The translations under genes were made by a program, and so were the position numbers. Below, one piece after another: positions 27,101 to 40,200 of a DNA stretch of 64,000 bases. The notes under the pieces were generated by a model that saw only the letters and a list, made by a program, of their open reading frames with translations, had not been told where the DNA came from and made no database searches. Numbering within the stretch: the stretch's first letter is position 1; each line of letters begins with the position of its first letter. The stretch is from Spizellomyces punctatus DAOM BR117 (taxonomy: Eukaryota). The stretch is from the NCBI GenBank assembly GCA_000182565.2, contig KQ257457.1, one strand, 5' to 3'.

Positions 27101-28058
27101 TCTTATCAATTTCATTCCACAATTTATAATAACCGAAAACACCTGACAAATCTAGCAATACCGCCACACTATGGAACGCTACAAAGAGAAGCGAGATGAA
27201 ATCCAATCCCTTCAAACAGCCTTACTGAACTCCGAGAAGACACTATCGACGCTTACAAACGCCGAATCATCACGGCTCCAAACAATATCTCTCCTAGAGC
27301 AGAAATTCAATGCGCTGCAGAAGGACGTTGCAGAACAACAAGCTAAACGGGAGCGGGCAGTCAAAACAGTGCAGAGAAGCGCAAAGGAAGTAGGAACGAA
27401 GGCTGACGAGGTCGAGTTGGATTTTAAAGTTCGAGAGTTGAAAGAATTAGGAAACCTGGCCATCGAAGCTATTGGGAAAGTTGTGGAAAGGAGACCAGAA
27501 ATTGGCGAAAGGGTCAATCAACTCTTGGCAGAGGTAACATGAGGTGATTTCTGATTAACTTTGCTGTTTGCTGAACCCCATCCATCTGTTCACTCCTTTG
27601 AAAAATAGAACGGGGTGCAACCACCGTCACGACCGATCTCTCGTATTCCCTCCCGTGCGTCCTCTCGCGCATCCATTACATCGGATGCTCCCTCCGAAGC
27701 CTCCAATACATCCCGAAGAAGTGTTATTGGACGGCACACATCTCCGCGAGCTTCGCAGTCTCTTCGATCATCTAGTGGTAGAGTTACTCCAACCAGAGTG
27801 TCGACGACCAATCTGAATGGTAGGGCAGTCAAGTACGCAGTGTTTCAACAGTGCCATTTCTGATCCCATATCTTGTTGTGTACCGCAGCAACAATAACGT
27901 TACCAACTGTTGCTGCACAGCAGCATTTGACTACCAGCCCCATTCCAAGGGCACCCATTACAGGAGCGGGAAGGATTCGTGCTCCAGCCCGACCGGGGTC
28001 TGCAAGTAGCGTTGCCTCATCTAGACGCTCCAGTGCAAACTCTACGGCAGAAAGATAG
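24105..28058 (+). CDS. CCDC39: Coiled-coil domain-containing protein 39 (axonemal ruler)
   Basis: N-terminal [25 protein letters not shown], and the diagnostic [40 protein letters not shown]; many short introns. Confidence 0.9.
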
Positions 28059-29440
28059 ATAATGGCTAATTGCGTGGTGTATAAATTGGTATTGTGCGTC
28101 TTCAAAGTATGCTGTAAAAATTGTAAAATGAAAGACTCGGACAGTGGTTACACTTCACCGTCCAACTTGAATTGAAGATTAAGAAAGATATCACTATATC
28201 ATGAACCACCTGTTGTAGCCAGCATTCAGCGAGCTTGTTTTAAACCCGTGCTCGTAACCTGAAGATCTTCAGCGAGGACTCTGATGATTACTTTCACTTT
28301 AAAAGGACACAGCAACAGCACTTTAGCTGACTGCGAAACTGAATACTACGGTGCACAGACGGTAAAACAGTGCACCACTATCGGCCAGCGGAATTATGGA
28401 TTTGGAAAGGCAAAACCACCAAAGAAAATCTCTAGAGTGTGATCGGAATCGGGCCATGAAGAAGATGCGTCAGCAGGCATACTGGAAAACAATGAGTTCG
28501 GCGGCCAGTTTTCACAGAGGAAGCCCATCAGAGAAGAATGGAACAGCCATCAAAGGAGACGAGCTCAACACGGCCTAAAGATTATGGAGAACGTAAAAGC
28601 CGACGATGGAAGGTCGATATCTGGTTGCAGATGGCCAGAGATTATTACCTGTTCTGCAGGTTCTGCAAGCGTCCGACCCCTGCCAATCACACAGTTTGCA
28701 CCAACGAGTATTTCTGAAAAGCGGGAGTTCGATGTCTGCGAACTATGGCACTATAGGCAAACACTGGCTCTGTCCGTCGTGTCAGCAAATTCTCACTTAA
28801 ATAAGGTGAGATTGGATATCGTCTGAAGTACACTATCTCATATGAGCTTGTGTGGGCACTCAATTTGACGAATAATTATACAGAATATGTGAATGTGAAT
28901 ATTGAAAATTGCCATTCAAGGTTGTTACTTTTTGTGCGATATGTCAAGCTAACGAGACTGTCGTTCTACAGTGGCATTTTTCGGACAAATATTTGCGACA
29001 ACGTTCTGAGTTTCCGCTCTTGTACAGATGGATGAATATATCGAGCTTGAGCTTCGAAAGCGATACGAAACTTAAGAAAGTATAAGTGGCTGGAGCGTCT
29101 GGCAGCCTAACCACCTCGGGCCATGCTATGCACCCGTCTGATCAAGGCACGATTGCACCCGACACTAAAATGCATCATGGTGACCCCTTCTATTGAACAC
29201 TTAAAAGTTTCCGGGAAGGAAAACGCCAGGTGAAAATGCTTGTACAAAATACTCAACAGCTTTCCATAAACTGGGAAAATTACAGAAAATGGTCTGAGAA
29301 CATCCGTTATATAATTCAGAGATATAACCAAAAAGACTGTCGATATACTCGCTAACATTGCTTGCAGGTTTAGGACCAATCCGCGTAGCTAAGCACTTGT
29401 TTGGGAGACAGCACGCAAAAAGGCCTATAACTCCTACATA

Positions 29441-29468
29441 GTGCGGAGCCGGTGGGTATTGGCACTAG
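29441..29468 (+). repeat. Left TIR of Fanzor element
   Basis: GTGCGGAGCCGGTGGGTATTGGCACTAG, the exact reverse complement of 47174-47201; preceded by CATA (29437-29440). Confidence 0.97.
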
Positions 29469-29662
29469 TACAGTGATTCCAACCAATTGAATCATAATTT
29501 TACTCGATTTAGACTCATGAACTATGATTTGATAATGGTTCGATGCACAAACGATGCTCCACCATTAAAAATGGGTCCAATATGTGCGGCAATGAACGGA
29601 TTGAATATTCTGCAGTTGCTCCACCATTGAAAAACGGGTCCAATGTGCAGTTGTCATATCTC

Positions 29663-29670
29663 TATATAAA
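29663..29670 (+). promoter_or_regulatory. Putative TATA box of Fanzor gene
   Basis: TATATAAA ~110 bp upstream of ATG 29779, followed by a pyrimidine-rich leader. Confidence 0.45.
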
Positions 29671-29778
29671 CCCGCCTTCTCTGCCCATTTCCCAGGTTTT
29701 CATCATTCTCTGCCGATAGGCTTTCATCATTCTCTGCCCATTTTCCAGGCTTTCATCCATTTTTCTATTCCAATCATC

Positions 29779-31146
29779 ATGCTGCCAAAGAAAAAGCAAA
29801 AGCTTGAAAAACCTACTTGCTTACATACCTGTAACAAGACTTCCTTTGCAAAAGCTTTCTTGCCAAACGAGATCTATCGCCAATGGCTTCTAGATTACAT
29901 CGCCATCATCCATCAACTCGCCGACCATGCTTCCCACGCTCTCAAATTCTACATCCTATCTGCACCAACCTTCACCATGAACGAGGAGACCATCGAAGCA
30001 ATTCTCTATCTTCTCAACAAGGGGGAGGCTTGGCATCCAAGAAAGGAAGCAAAGAAGGCATGGCGGGATTGTTTGCTGCCATATGTTCAACGGTACTGCC
30101 AAATCATCAGCTTCGTTCACCCAAATCTATGAGGTGAGCAGCAATCAGTCAATTACCTGACAGCGAGTATGATGGCGAACCTGAAAGTCAACGTTCAAGA
30201 GCATTTCATGCAGATGCTCCTTCAGTATATCAATCTGCGGCTCGATGTGAAGGGACAGAAGCAGCGACTGCCACCGAAAAGCGATGCACGAAAGGCTTTC
30301 TTTGCTTGGCTACGCTACATGAAGTCAATTTTCCTTTTTGATATCATGCCCGAGTCGCTTGATGACTTGACTGCTGAAGAGAATGAACTTCTAGAAGAGA
30401 TTTGGTCCCTTAACATTCCCCTTTCTGATGACCAGCCACTCGCATATTCCGTTGCTGTAGACCCTCTCGCATTCTTTCCTGCATACTGCAAACTCTCTGG
30501 GCTGTATGAACGACATGGCTTCCGTCGGTTCAGTGCCATTCCACTACGTCAATCCCTCATCCAAAGCCATGTGCGGATCGACACCATCATCCTCTACTCT
30601 CACCTTCTTTGCATCACGCGACGAGAAGCGGAAACTGTTGAAAAGGTCGATTTATGGTTGCGCGTCTGTAATCTGCGGAACAAGGCTTTTAGATCTCGTC
30701 GTGGAATGTGTTTTGAAGGCTCGATCACCACGGATGGAACCTCGGTGTCTGTATACCTAAAGCACCCAGAAGCAGCAGACAAGTATGGAAAGCGCGGAGT
30801 GAGAAAGTCAGCAAAGAGTTTAGAGGACGAAGTTAAAGCGCAATACATGGAGAAAAACTTACCTGCTTGTCGAGCAGCAGAGAATGTTGTCGTTATCGAC
30901 CCAAACAAGCGCGATCTTCTCTACTGCCAAGACAGCCTTGGTACTACATTCCGTTACACCGCAAACCAGCGAGCCATGGAGACAGGTAGCCGCCGAATTG
31001 CAAGGGAGTGGGAAGCAATGAAAGCCGGCGGTATTGACCTCATAGAATCACGAATACCATCTCACAAGACGATGAACCTCATGGACTTTACTCGCTACCT
31101 TCTTGTTTGCCGCGCTGATTGGGATCATCGCAAGGAGTTCTACTCC
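29779..31146 (+). pseudogene. Fanzor1 (TnpB-like RNA-guided nuclease), 5' part
   Basis: NLS-like PKKKQK. ORFs 29779-30132 and 30169+ are in the same frame, separated only by TGA at 30130-30132. Contains GSITTDGTSVSV and RuvC-I VVIDPN (Asp codon 30898-30900). Closely resembles SpuFz1 as recalled. Interrupted at EFYS| by an LTR. Confidence 0.95.
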
Positions 31147-31718
31147 TGTAGCGAACGACTCTGATAAACCGGTTCGCTCAAAGGCATCAGGTGACCACGA
31201 TTGAGGTTTCCGCAATTGTAACCTAAGCTTCGAAACCCCTAAGATCAAACTCGGTTCTGGGCTACACCAGCGCAGCATGAAGGATACATTATGCAGCCAT
31301 GATCGATCATGGCGATGGTCCGAGATGGGAAGATTGGACGCCGCCACCCTAATGAAGGCTATGGAAACTAGTGTAGATGTTACCGTAGCATATTCTTGTA
31401 TAAAAAGAGGAATTCAATAAAATAAGTCAGTGGCCAGAAGCCGTAGCGACAAAAAATCCCCACAACTAGCTTCTCAACCCCAATCCTAGGTTAACAGGAA
31501 CCTAACAGAGCGCTTCAATGGCCTGATCACCTGCACTGAAGCCTCTAAATCCTGCTCGGTTCACAACTAACCGACTCTCCTTGCCTCTCGCCCTCAAGTT
31601 GCTACTGACGCCCAAAGAAAGGATTTGGAGACTACGATTCCTAGTACGGACACCCACACAACCTGCTAGGAGACCCAAGTTGTCTTTACCGTAGTCTACC
31701 AACAAAAAATCCATTACA
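31147..31718 (+). repeat. 5' LTR of element A
   Basis: TGTAGCGAAC...CCATTACA; collinear with 46030-46601. Confidence 0.96.
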
Positions 31719-31872
31719 TGGTGGAGAAGCGCGATGAACTGCCTTCCCCTCTCAAATTCAGCTGAAAACCTTATTCGGTCATACCGAAACTCTTGCGCAA
31801 ACCGAGATCCGCTCAGGTAGCTACTCGGAAACCTTTTCTCTCGTTTCAGAAACAGACTTCACGAAACCGAGA

Positions 31873-34800
31873 ATGATGCTGGTCGAACGCTCTCCAACGC
31901 GAGGCCGCTCACCTGTGATCCAGACTCGTAGTCAGGGTCCTGCGGAGGACATCGAAGTCCCTCCTGCAACACGCCCAAGGCATTCAGGGACCACTTCTGT
32001 CGAACCGGAAGCCCCTAACTTGGCCACGATGGCCTCTGAAGTGGCAGCGTTAAAAGAAGACATTGCCAGCTCGACTGCTGCAATGCAGTTGGCAACTCAA
32101 AATCTTACGGAACAGCTTCATAGGCTTTCCGAACATCAGACAGTGGTGGATGAGCACCTCGCACGAGCCTTAGAAGCCCTAGCGCATCGCCCGCTGCCTG
32201 AACAACCTCTCATAGCACGAGCTACAAGAGAATGGTCCGCAACCCCGTGGGAAACGTCGCACACACCAAGGGAGTGTACCGAACCAAGTTTTTCAGGTCC
32301 AGTGCCTCCAATCCAAGTGCCAGCGGCCCCGTGGGCCAGCGACACCAAGGTCGATTCCTTGAAAGCAAAGGACGTACCCAAGTTTACAGGCAAAAGAAAC
32401 CAAGACATTGAAGAATGGCTCAACAAAGTCCAACTTCTTCAAAACGTTAGCGCAACGTCAGATGCCAGGATGGTACAGCTCCTACCAGCCATGATAGCCG
32501 AGAAAACCCCTGCCGATGCTTGGTTTTACACTCTGGAAGCCCAGGAAACTTGCTCGTGGACCTGGAAAAGGTGGAAAGAAGAACTGCTTCGAGAGTTCCG
32601 AGATCCCCTAACCGAGTCCAAGTGCAAAACCGAATATGTGCACTGCCACGTGAACCCCAAAGAATTTTGCAGCTTTCTCGCATTCATTGACCACAAAACT
32701 CATCTCCAGCGCCTCGCATACGGCGACCGGGCAAACATAGAATGTCCCGCTGACCAGCATTTTGACCTAATAGTTGAACAATTGCCCAGCGACATCCAAA
32801 TCATGGTCAAATCCTGTAACGTCACGAACCTGACCAAATTAAAAGACTTCCTGCGCCTTTATTTTGGCTCTGATGACACCAGAAAATGAGACCCTTGCTA
32901 CAGCGGTGCTGCTGAAGCTCAGAAGAAGTCACAAAAGACCGGAACTGACAAAGGCCCTAAGCAGATGGCTCAACATAAAACCGGAAACCCCGAAAAGGGT
33001 TGCGACGGTCCTCAGAAGATGGTTCCGGACCCCAACAAGGAACCACCAACACCCTGCAAATTCTGTCAGAAAAAGCATTGGAATGTTTTCTGCTGGCAGA
33101 ACCCGAACCGAAAAGATCCTGAAGATGGAAAGAAAGGACCATACAGAGCACCCACGCCCGCAGGTTGGAAACCCAAACAGGAGTCCAAGAAGTCTTACAT
33201 AGTGGAGCTGGACTCGATGTCCGCTACCACCGAGACTCTTTTTTTGGCTTCGGAACTGGAAAGGACAGCTGCCGCTAATCAAGGATTCCACACCATTGGA
33301 TTCTTTCATTCACCCAAGCACTTGGAATCAACAATTTTGATGACCGCACCTCTTTCCGAGGTCATGGAGACTAAGGAAGAGGACCCCCGCATGCCCATGC
33401 AGGGCTGGGACCAAGTCTGGAACAACATAGCCATCATCTGGGGCACCCTGCAAGTGGCTCTGATGATGGGCAACAACCCCCGCGCGCTCAGCTTCTTTGC
33501 CAAAGAACTGAAGCAAGGCGCCGGGCACCTCGGGAACGACCCCTACGCAGTCGCGTGGAGTTCCCACCACCTCTACATTGCTGCCGCAGCCGAAGCTGAC
33601 AAGGATCGAATCCTGCGAAAAGTCCGAGAAGATGGTACCCCTCATTTGATCCTCCTTGCCTGGATAAGGCTCGATGAGCATGAGAAATTCTTGATGTGGA
33701 GCTCCGAAGATCCTGTTATCTTTGATTCTTACACCAACCTGCAACTGGTGGCATTTCTCCTGACAGGCAATATCATTCGCTCAGACTATTATTATCATCG
33801 CAGAAACCCCAAATTTCTGCACATTAAAGACCATCCACGTCTCCAAAGACACGAAGAGAGTGAATGGACGCGTATAGTCATGCTGGCTATCGAACAAGTT
33901 GCTCGCCAGAATAAAACAACAAAACCACAAAACAACAAATCTAGAGAGCACTTTGAGAGTGCGATCAAGGCTATGGAAGCAACAATTAACGACATTGCGC
34001 CCCATTTCGAGGTCGCGGTGCCTTCCATCAACGCCTTCTACTTGGTAGATTTAGGCAATGTACTCAAAAGCCAGACCAAGACCCAAACGCAGCCTTGCTG
34101 GATGCTAGCCATCATCGCTCAGCTCTGGGCACCTGTGGTACTAGACACAGGAGCCTGCGAGTCTCTGGTTTCTGACACATACCAGGGCCTTCTGTTCTCC
34201 GAAACCAATTTGCAGGATGCAGAAACGATGGCTTTCAAAGGCATTGGTGGATGTATCTCATCTACCAAGACAGTATGCCTCGAAACTTCCCTCAGAGGCC
34301 GCGGAGGAGAATACCTGACTTTCCGCGCCTATTTCCGAGTCATTGCATATGGGAAACCTCTCATCATCCTAGCCAACAATGTTCTGGGACATTTGAAACT
34401 CCAAACCTTGGTTCAGGAACCCCCGTTACCCAGTTTCATGGTGATGCTCAAGAATCCGGACATCCTTATCCCTTGCTCCATAACAGATGAGCTGGACACT
34501 GATCACATGCGCGGCACGCCATACAAGACCAAGCAGGGTGAATTCATGAAGGATGTGTCAATGCCACAGCTGACCAAAGCCAAAGCTCAGAAGTCTAGAT
34601 TAACCATGTTAATCACGGGACAGACGCGTGTGGCAGCCCAAACTTTTCTCATCGAAAACCCTCTTGAGGCCACCGCTGCTAGCTCAACGGCCCTGTTAGG
34701 CCTCAAACTGTCCACCGCGACCCATAATTCGGTTGCGGACCCCGAAGAGAACATTTCCAAAGAAGAATGGCAGACACTTCGGAACAAATGGAACCTTGAC

Positions 34801-37800
34801 TCTACGGAGAGGGCTCCAGGGGCCTTCAAAGCCCAATTAAAAGACACGGAACATTTCCACGTCAATCTCAAGCAACCCAAACCCGTGGTCTGGGCCCTAA
34901 TCAACATTCTACGACACTTCCATCAAGCCTTCAGCTATGAGGGTCATCTCATAGGGAACTACACCAAGATTCCTTATGCACCTCGATTTATCTCGGCTCC
35001 GCCACCCCTTTCGAGGCCACGGTCGTACTCTCCGTTGGAGCGGACAGCCCTTGAGACGGAGCGAGACACCATGATGGGGCTTCAGAGGTGGAAACGAACC
35101 ACCAAAGTAACCTTCGCCAGCGATCCTGTTATCATTCGCTATGCAGACAAACCCCCGCGGGTAGCCTTCGACTATCGCCGAGCCAATGACTGCATGGCCT
35201 GGGACCCATATCCCTTTCCCATCATGCTCGACATCCTGAACTGGATCGTTGCAGTCCCATTCCGATACATATCGGGAGGTGACGCAAACAAAGGATTTTA
35301 CCAAATCGCCATCACCGATGCATCGGTACGCAAATGGCTCGTGATCAGACTCCATGACGGCATCTACGAACCACTCTTTATGCCCTTCGGACCCAAGACT
35401 GCCCCTTCGCACTTCTGTCAGGTGATGGACGACACCTTGGGTCCCTCCAAATGGTGAAATATCAACAACTTTGTCGATGATATCCACACACGAGCGGAGA
35501 CAGCCGCGGAAGCCCTAGATGCCATCGCGGACTGGCTCAACTGCTTTTCCAGAGCCAAACTCACCCTAAGACTCGACAAGTGTCAATGGCTCTTTCACCA
35601 GCTCACGGCTCTCGGTTTCGTTGCCTCCTCTCAGGGTCTCGCTACCGATCCAGACAAGGTCGCAACCATAGTCGATTGGCCACGACCCAAATTCATAGGT
35701 GACCTATGGTCCTTTGTGGGTCTCCTAGGGTTCTACGCCCAATTCATCCCCCGCTACGCGGAACTCGTCCGACCCCTGCAAGACACTATCCAAGAGGGCG
35801 TTCGCGAATACTGAGACCTTAAAAAGGGTCGCGCTGACCCAAAGAAAGGTGCTGAAAAGCTCAATTCACCATCCATGCTCGACACGGCGGTGGCCCCTAC
35901 AATCACAGCCACTGGAGCCCGATTTGAGGTTTCGCAACATCCGAAATCTAGCTCCTCAGACCTACCGGCAGTCAATCTATGCCAATCATCGTTGGCGGAC
36001 TTGCCCATTGACCCCTTTTGTGTCAGATGCCTTGCTCGCAAGCGCCCCGACCAAGGTCTGCGCAGATTTATCGCGAAGCGTGAAGTTTCATGGACCGATT
36101 CCCGAAACTCTGCCTTTGCAGCTGCCAAGCAGGCTCTGACAACAGCTCCAGTGCTTGTGGCACCCAGAAAAGGGTTCCCCTACACCCTTCACAGTGACGC
36201 TTCCTACACAGCATTTAATGTCACGCTCAAACAGTTACAGCCAGATGCTTCTAAACGCCCACTGTGCTACCATTCCCGAGGCACCACCACCTCGGAAAAG
36301 AAGGCCCCCCCCCGTCAAACTCAAGGCCGGATGCCTCATTTGGGGCCTCGGAAAACTCCGCCCATACCTCGAAGGCCTGCCTTTCACGGTCATTACCGAT
36401 CACCGAGCTCTTTTGTGGCTCGCTAAATACAAAGGCGAGAACCGTAAGCTTCTCCGCTGGGCCCTCGATCTTAGTTACTGGTCCGAATGGATGACAATCA
36501 TTCACAAACCAGGACGTTTTCACATTGTCGCTGATACACTTTCACGGCTACTAGGAGCGGAAACCCTCCTCTGCTCCACCGCGACCCAAATATGGGTGGC
36601 GGAACACGGAAGACGACGGCTGCGCACCACACCAGCGGCTCTCGCACCTTCCTCAACACTGGCAGATGCCGCCTTCCGTCTGGCATTACAGCCTGCACTC
36701 ATTGCCGCCATCCGTGCTGGCCTCACCGGCCAGCTCCACCCCATAGCCCAACAGGCCTGCACGCTCCTATGGGAGACCAGCCCCAACACCTACACTACAG
36801 CCGACGCGCGCTTTCTTCAGGACTGGCAACGTGCAGATAACCTGCTGTGGCACCATTTTTCAGTCTCCGAAGACCTTTGGCGCCTCTACGTGCCCCCTGC
36901 TTGCACCCCCAAGGTGCGCAAGCTTTTTCACGAGGGGGGAGGACACTTCAGATTCGAAAGAACCTATGCCAGAGCCGCAGCGCAAGTCTGGTGGCCAAAG
37001 ATGGCACAAGATTTCAGAAAACACTGCGCAGGATGTGAAATCTGTCAACACTCAAAAAGGGTACCGCAACTGATTCCGGGGTTGCTGAAACCCATACCAC
37101 CAGCTCCGGGACACTGGACAGTCATCACGACTGACTTTGTAACCAAGCTCCCACTTACTTCCAGAGGGTACGACGCCTTTTGGCTAATAGCATGTAAATG
37201 CTCAAAGAGGATCCATGTATGGCCCCTCAAGAGCACCGCGACAGCTATTCAGGTCGCGGAACTCTTTATAGAATGCTATGTCCCATTGCACGGCATTCCA
37301 GAGACTATTATCTCGGACCGCGACCCCAAGTTTACGAGTCAATTTTGGCAGGAGGTCTGCAAAAACCTAAAGATTAATCAAGAGCTCACCACAGCCTACC
37401 ACCCTCAAGGTGATGGACAATCAGAGAGAGACAACGCAACGGTCTTGCAGGTCCTTACCACAGTGGTCAACACCCAATTAGACGACTGGGACACCTTTCT
37501 TCCGGTTGCGGAATTCATTATCAACGATACGGTACACGAGGCGACAAAAATGACGCGATTCAGAATGGACCTAGGCTATGAGCCCCACAATCCACTGGCG
37601 GATATTGTCAAAAGGCCATCAGAAACCAGAAATGCAGATGCGGAAGAGCTCTGTAAACACCTCGGTGACCTAAACATCCTTATCCAAGATCTGATGATCG
37701 AAGCCCAGGATTCGCAGAAAAGATATTATGATTTATCGCGACGACATTTGGAGTTCCGGAGAGGAGATAAGGTGCTTCTGAGCACAAAAAACCTAGCAGG

Positions 37801-38087
37801 GTATGAGTCCAAGATCGCTCCGAAATGGCTGGGACCAGTCACAGTGACTGACTGTAACCCTCTCCGTGACAACTACAAGTTAAAACTGCCAGACAAGATG
37901 AGACGACTTCATCCATGGTTTCACATATTGAAATTACATCCGTACCAGAAGCCTGTCGACGCCAAAACTGAGGAAAAGGTCGCGGAAGCACAAGCGGAGG
38001 ATTCCGATGCTTCAGAGGGCGAGTTTGAAGTGGAAGTGATAGTAGACCATCGAACCAGGTGCGGAAAATGTCAATTTCGAATACATT
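31873..38087 (+). pseudogene. gag-pol of element A (premature stops and one frameshift)
   Basis: One frame broken by TGA at 32887, 35455 and 35812 and by a shift at the C9 run 36305-36313. Gag VPKFTG..DIEEWL, protease VLDTGA, RT FDYRRAN...MPFG...FVDD, RNase H DAS...ITDH, integrase HHCC/TDFV/ISDRD/GQSE, start of chromodomain EFEVEVIVDH. Confidence 0.92.
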
Positions 38088-38641
38088 TGTGACAGAATTC
38101 TTCTGTCAGTGCTATGGTTATACTGGTTAGATGTGGTTCCAAACTAGTGGTCACATGACTTTGCTGATGGTGTCAGCATTCATTTGACCAGAATTAGATA
38201 AATAAGCAGATTTAGCCATTTCTGGCTAAATTAGATGAGTATCCTGACACACTAGCATCTGCCCCTTTTAATCAAGTGGCACAGTGTATTTAGGATGACT
38301 TCTCTCACTTGTGATTGGCCATAAATGGTGCAATAGGCTGACAAATAGTTTAGGATGACATGTACAAGATCTGATTGGTTGCAAATGGTGCAATAGGCTG
38401 ACAAATAGTTTAGGATGACATGTATGAGTTCTGATTGGTTGCAAATGGTGCAATAGGCTGACAAATAGTTTAGGATGACATGTATGAGTTCTGATTGGGT
38501 AGTTAGGATATAGCATTTGTCAGCCCCTTTTGTCTATAAAAAGAGGACCTCTCTGAGGCCCCTCAAAGGAAAAAAATAACAAGTAGTAACCAAGTCTTCC
38601 CTAGTTTTCTGTTGTCTTCTTGTCCCTGCTAGCCTGTTACA
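38088..38641 (+). repeat. 5' LTR of element B (contains ~3.5 copies of a 60-bp tandem repeat at ~38289-38500)
   Basis: Appears identical to 44149-44702; the unit tttaggatgacatgta...caaatggtgcaataggctgacaaatag recurs with period 60. Confidence 0.96.
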
Positions 38642-39048
38642 TGGTAGCACCACCTTAGACAACAACCCCAGACTCTTAGACCTTCTGTGAGAGATCAGAA
38701 GCTAAGATCCCCAGACCCCCAGACCCTGCCCTAGACCTTCTGAGTAATATCAGAAGACCAACAGACCCCAGACCCCAGACCCTGCCCTAGTCCTTCTGAG
38801 TAATATCAGAAGACCCCTGCCTCTTATCCCAGGCCCAACTTATGCCCAGAACCCCCCCTCAAGGACTCCTACAGACCAGCCCACACCACCCCATACCACA
38901 AACCTACCCCCAGCACAACCTCCAGAACTACCACCAGACACACCACTTGGTTAGCATCAGAAGCTCTGATAAAACAGATAGAGCTTTTCTATTGTGGGAT
39001 TGTGAAGAAGCTGTAGTGTCCCCCTGTATCCTCCCCACCAGTTGTACT

Positions 39049-39235
39049 TGCAAGTAACATTGCATAGTTTGGGCCTGTGACCCACCCTGTCTTGACTGCA
39101 AGTAACATTGCATCTCTTGGGCCTGTGACCCACCCTATCTTGACTGCAAGTAACATTGCATCTCTTGGGCCTGTGACCCACCCTATCTTGACTGCAAGTA
39201 ACATTGCATCTCTTGGGCCTGTGACCCACCCTATT
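39049..39235 (+). repeat. 48-bp tandem repeat x4 in leader of element B
   Basis: tgcaagtaacattgcatctcttgggcctgtgacccaccctatcttgac at 39049, 39097, 39145 and 39193. Confidence 0.93.
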
Positions 39236-39288
39236 GTTATTGTTACAAGTTATATTGTAACTACCCAAGACTCCATCCCATTACCACC

Positions 39289-40200
39289 ATGGCCAGCCAG
39301 GAAGAGATTCTCTTCAACACCATTGCTGAGCTTGACATAGACCAGGTCAGGCAGGAGCTTTATCAAGCAAAGCTCCAGCAGCTGAACTCCACCACACCAG
39401 CCCCTGCTCAGTACCAACCCAGAGTAGATAAATCCCTGGTAAAAGTCCTCCAAAGCAAGTTGAAGCCCTACAAAGGCAACAGGAATGTCGAAGAGATTAG
39501 GACATACCTCCTCAGACTTGAAGAGTACTTCCAGGCAGCTGCAGATCTATCACCAGAAGGCCAACTGTTAGTAGCCACCACCTACTTGGAACTCCATGCT
39601 GAAGTCTGGTGGCAAAGCCATGTCAAGAACCACCCAGTAGGATCCCCTCTCAGAATCCAGTCTTGGGACCAGTTCAAGAGAGCCCTTCAAGAGAACTTCC
39701 TCCCAGCAAATGCCACCAGAGCAGCAAGAGACCAGTTGGCCAGGCTCAAACAACAAGGCTCAGTAAAAGAGTACCTAAACCAGTTCAATACTTTATGCCT
39801 TCAGGTGGATGACTTGTCAGAAGCTGAAAAGTTAGACAAGTTTATCAGAGGGCTTAAACCCAGGGTTCAGGAACAACTGGAGCTCAACCCCACCAGTACC
39901 ATCAACTTAGCCACAGCTGCAGCAACAGCTGATAGGATTGACCAGATCCAGTTCAGCTACCAGAGAAGAAGCCAGGCCACCAGCTACTACTCCCCCAAGA
40001 CTGAGAACTCTGGAGTAGTCCCTATGGAGATAGATAGTATATCCACCAACTCTGGGAAGCCTCTCTCCAAACTCACTGAGGCTGAGAAGACTGAGCTCAG
40101 AAAGAAGGGAGCCTGTTTCAGGTGCAGAAAACCAGGCCATATTGCCCCCCTATGCCCCTTGAAGACCAAGCAGCAGGGAAATGGCAAGCAGACTCAGTAG
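39289..40200 (+). CDS. gag: Gag of element B
   Basis: Retrotransposon gag core (AEVWW...SWDQFKRAL...[10 protein letters not shown]) and CCHC knuckle [14 protein letters not shown]. Confidence 0.95.
   Translation: MASQEEILFNTIAELDIDQVRQELYQAKLQQLNSTTPAPAQYQPRVDKSLVKVLQSKLKPYKGNRNVEEIRTYLLRLEEYFQAAADLSPEGQLLVATTYLELHAEVWWQSHVKNHPVGSPLRIQSWDQFKRALQENFLPANATRAARDQLARLKQQGSVKEYLNQFNTLCLQVDDLSEAEKLDKFIRGLKPRVQEQLELNPTSTINLATAAATADRIDQIQFSYQRRSQATSYYSPKTENSGVVPMEIDSISTNSGKPLSKLTEAEKTELRKKGACFRCRKPGHIAPLCPLKTKQQGNGKQTQ

Noticed and set aside
28100-29400. Short ORFs left of the Fanzor element
   Set aside because: Under 100 aa with no recognisable domain.
30130-30168. Intron (GTGAG at ~30134) removing the Fanzor stop
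   Set aside because: The stop lies before the GT and the intervening codons read in frame as GEQQSVNYLTAS; a CGA>TGA mutation is simpler.
38289-38500. 60-bp array as a CRISPR array
   Set aside because: No variable spacers; present identically in both LTRs.
39049-39235. 48-bp array as a CRISPR array
   Set aside because: Units are contiguous and near-identical with no unique spacers, and lie inside a retrotransposon leader.
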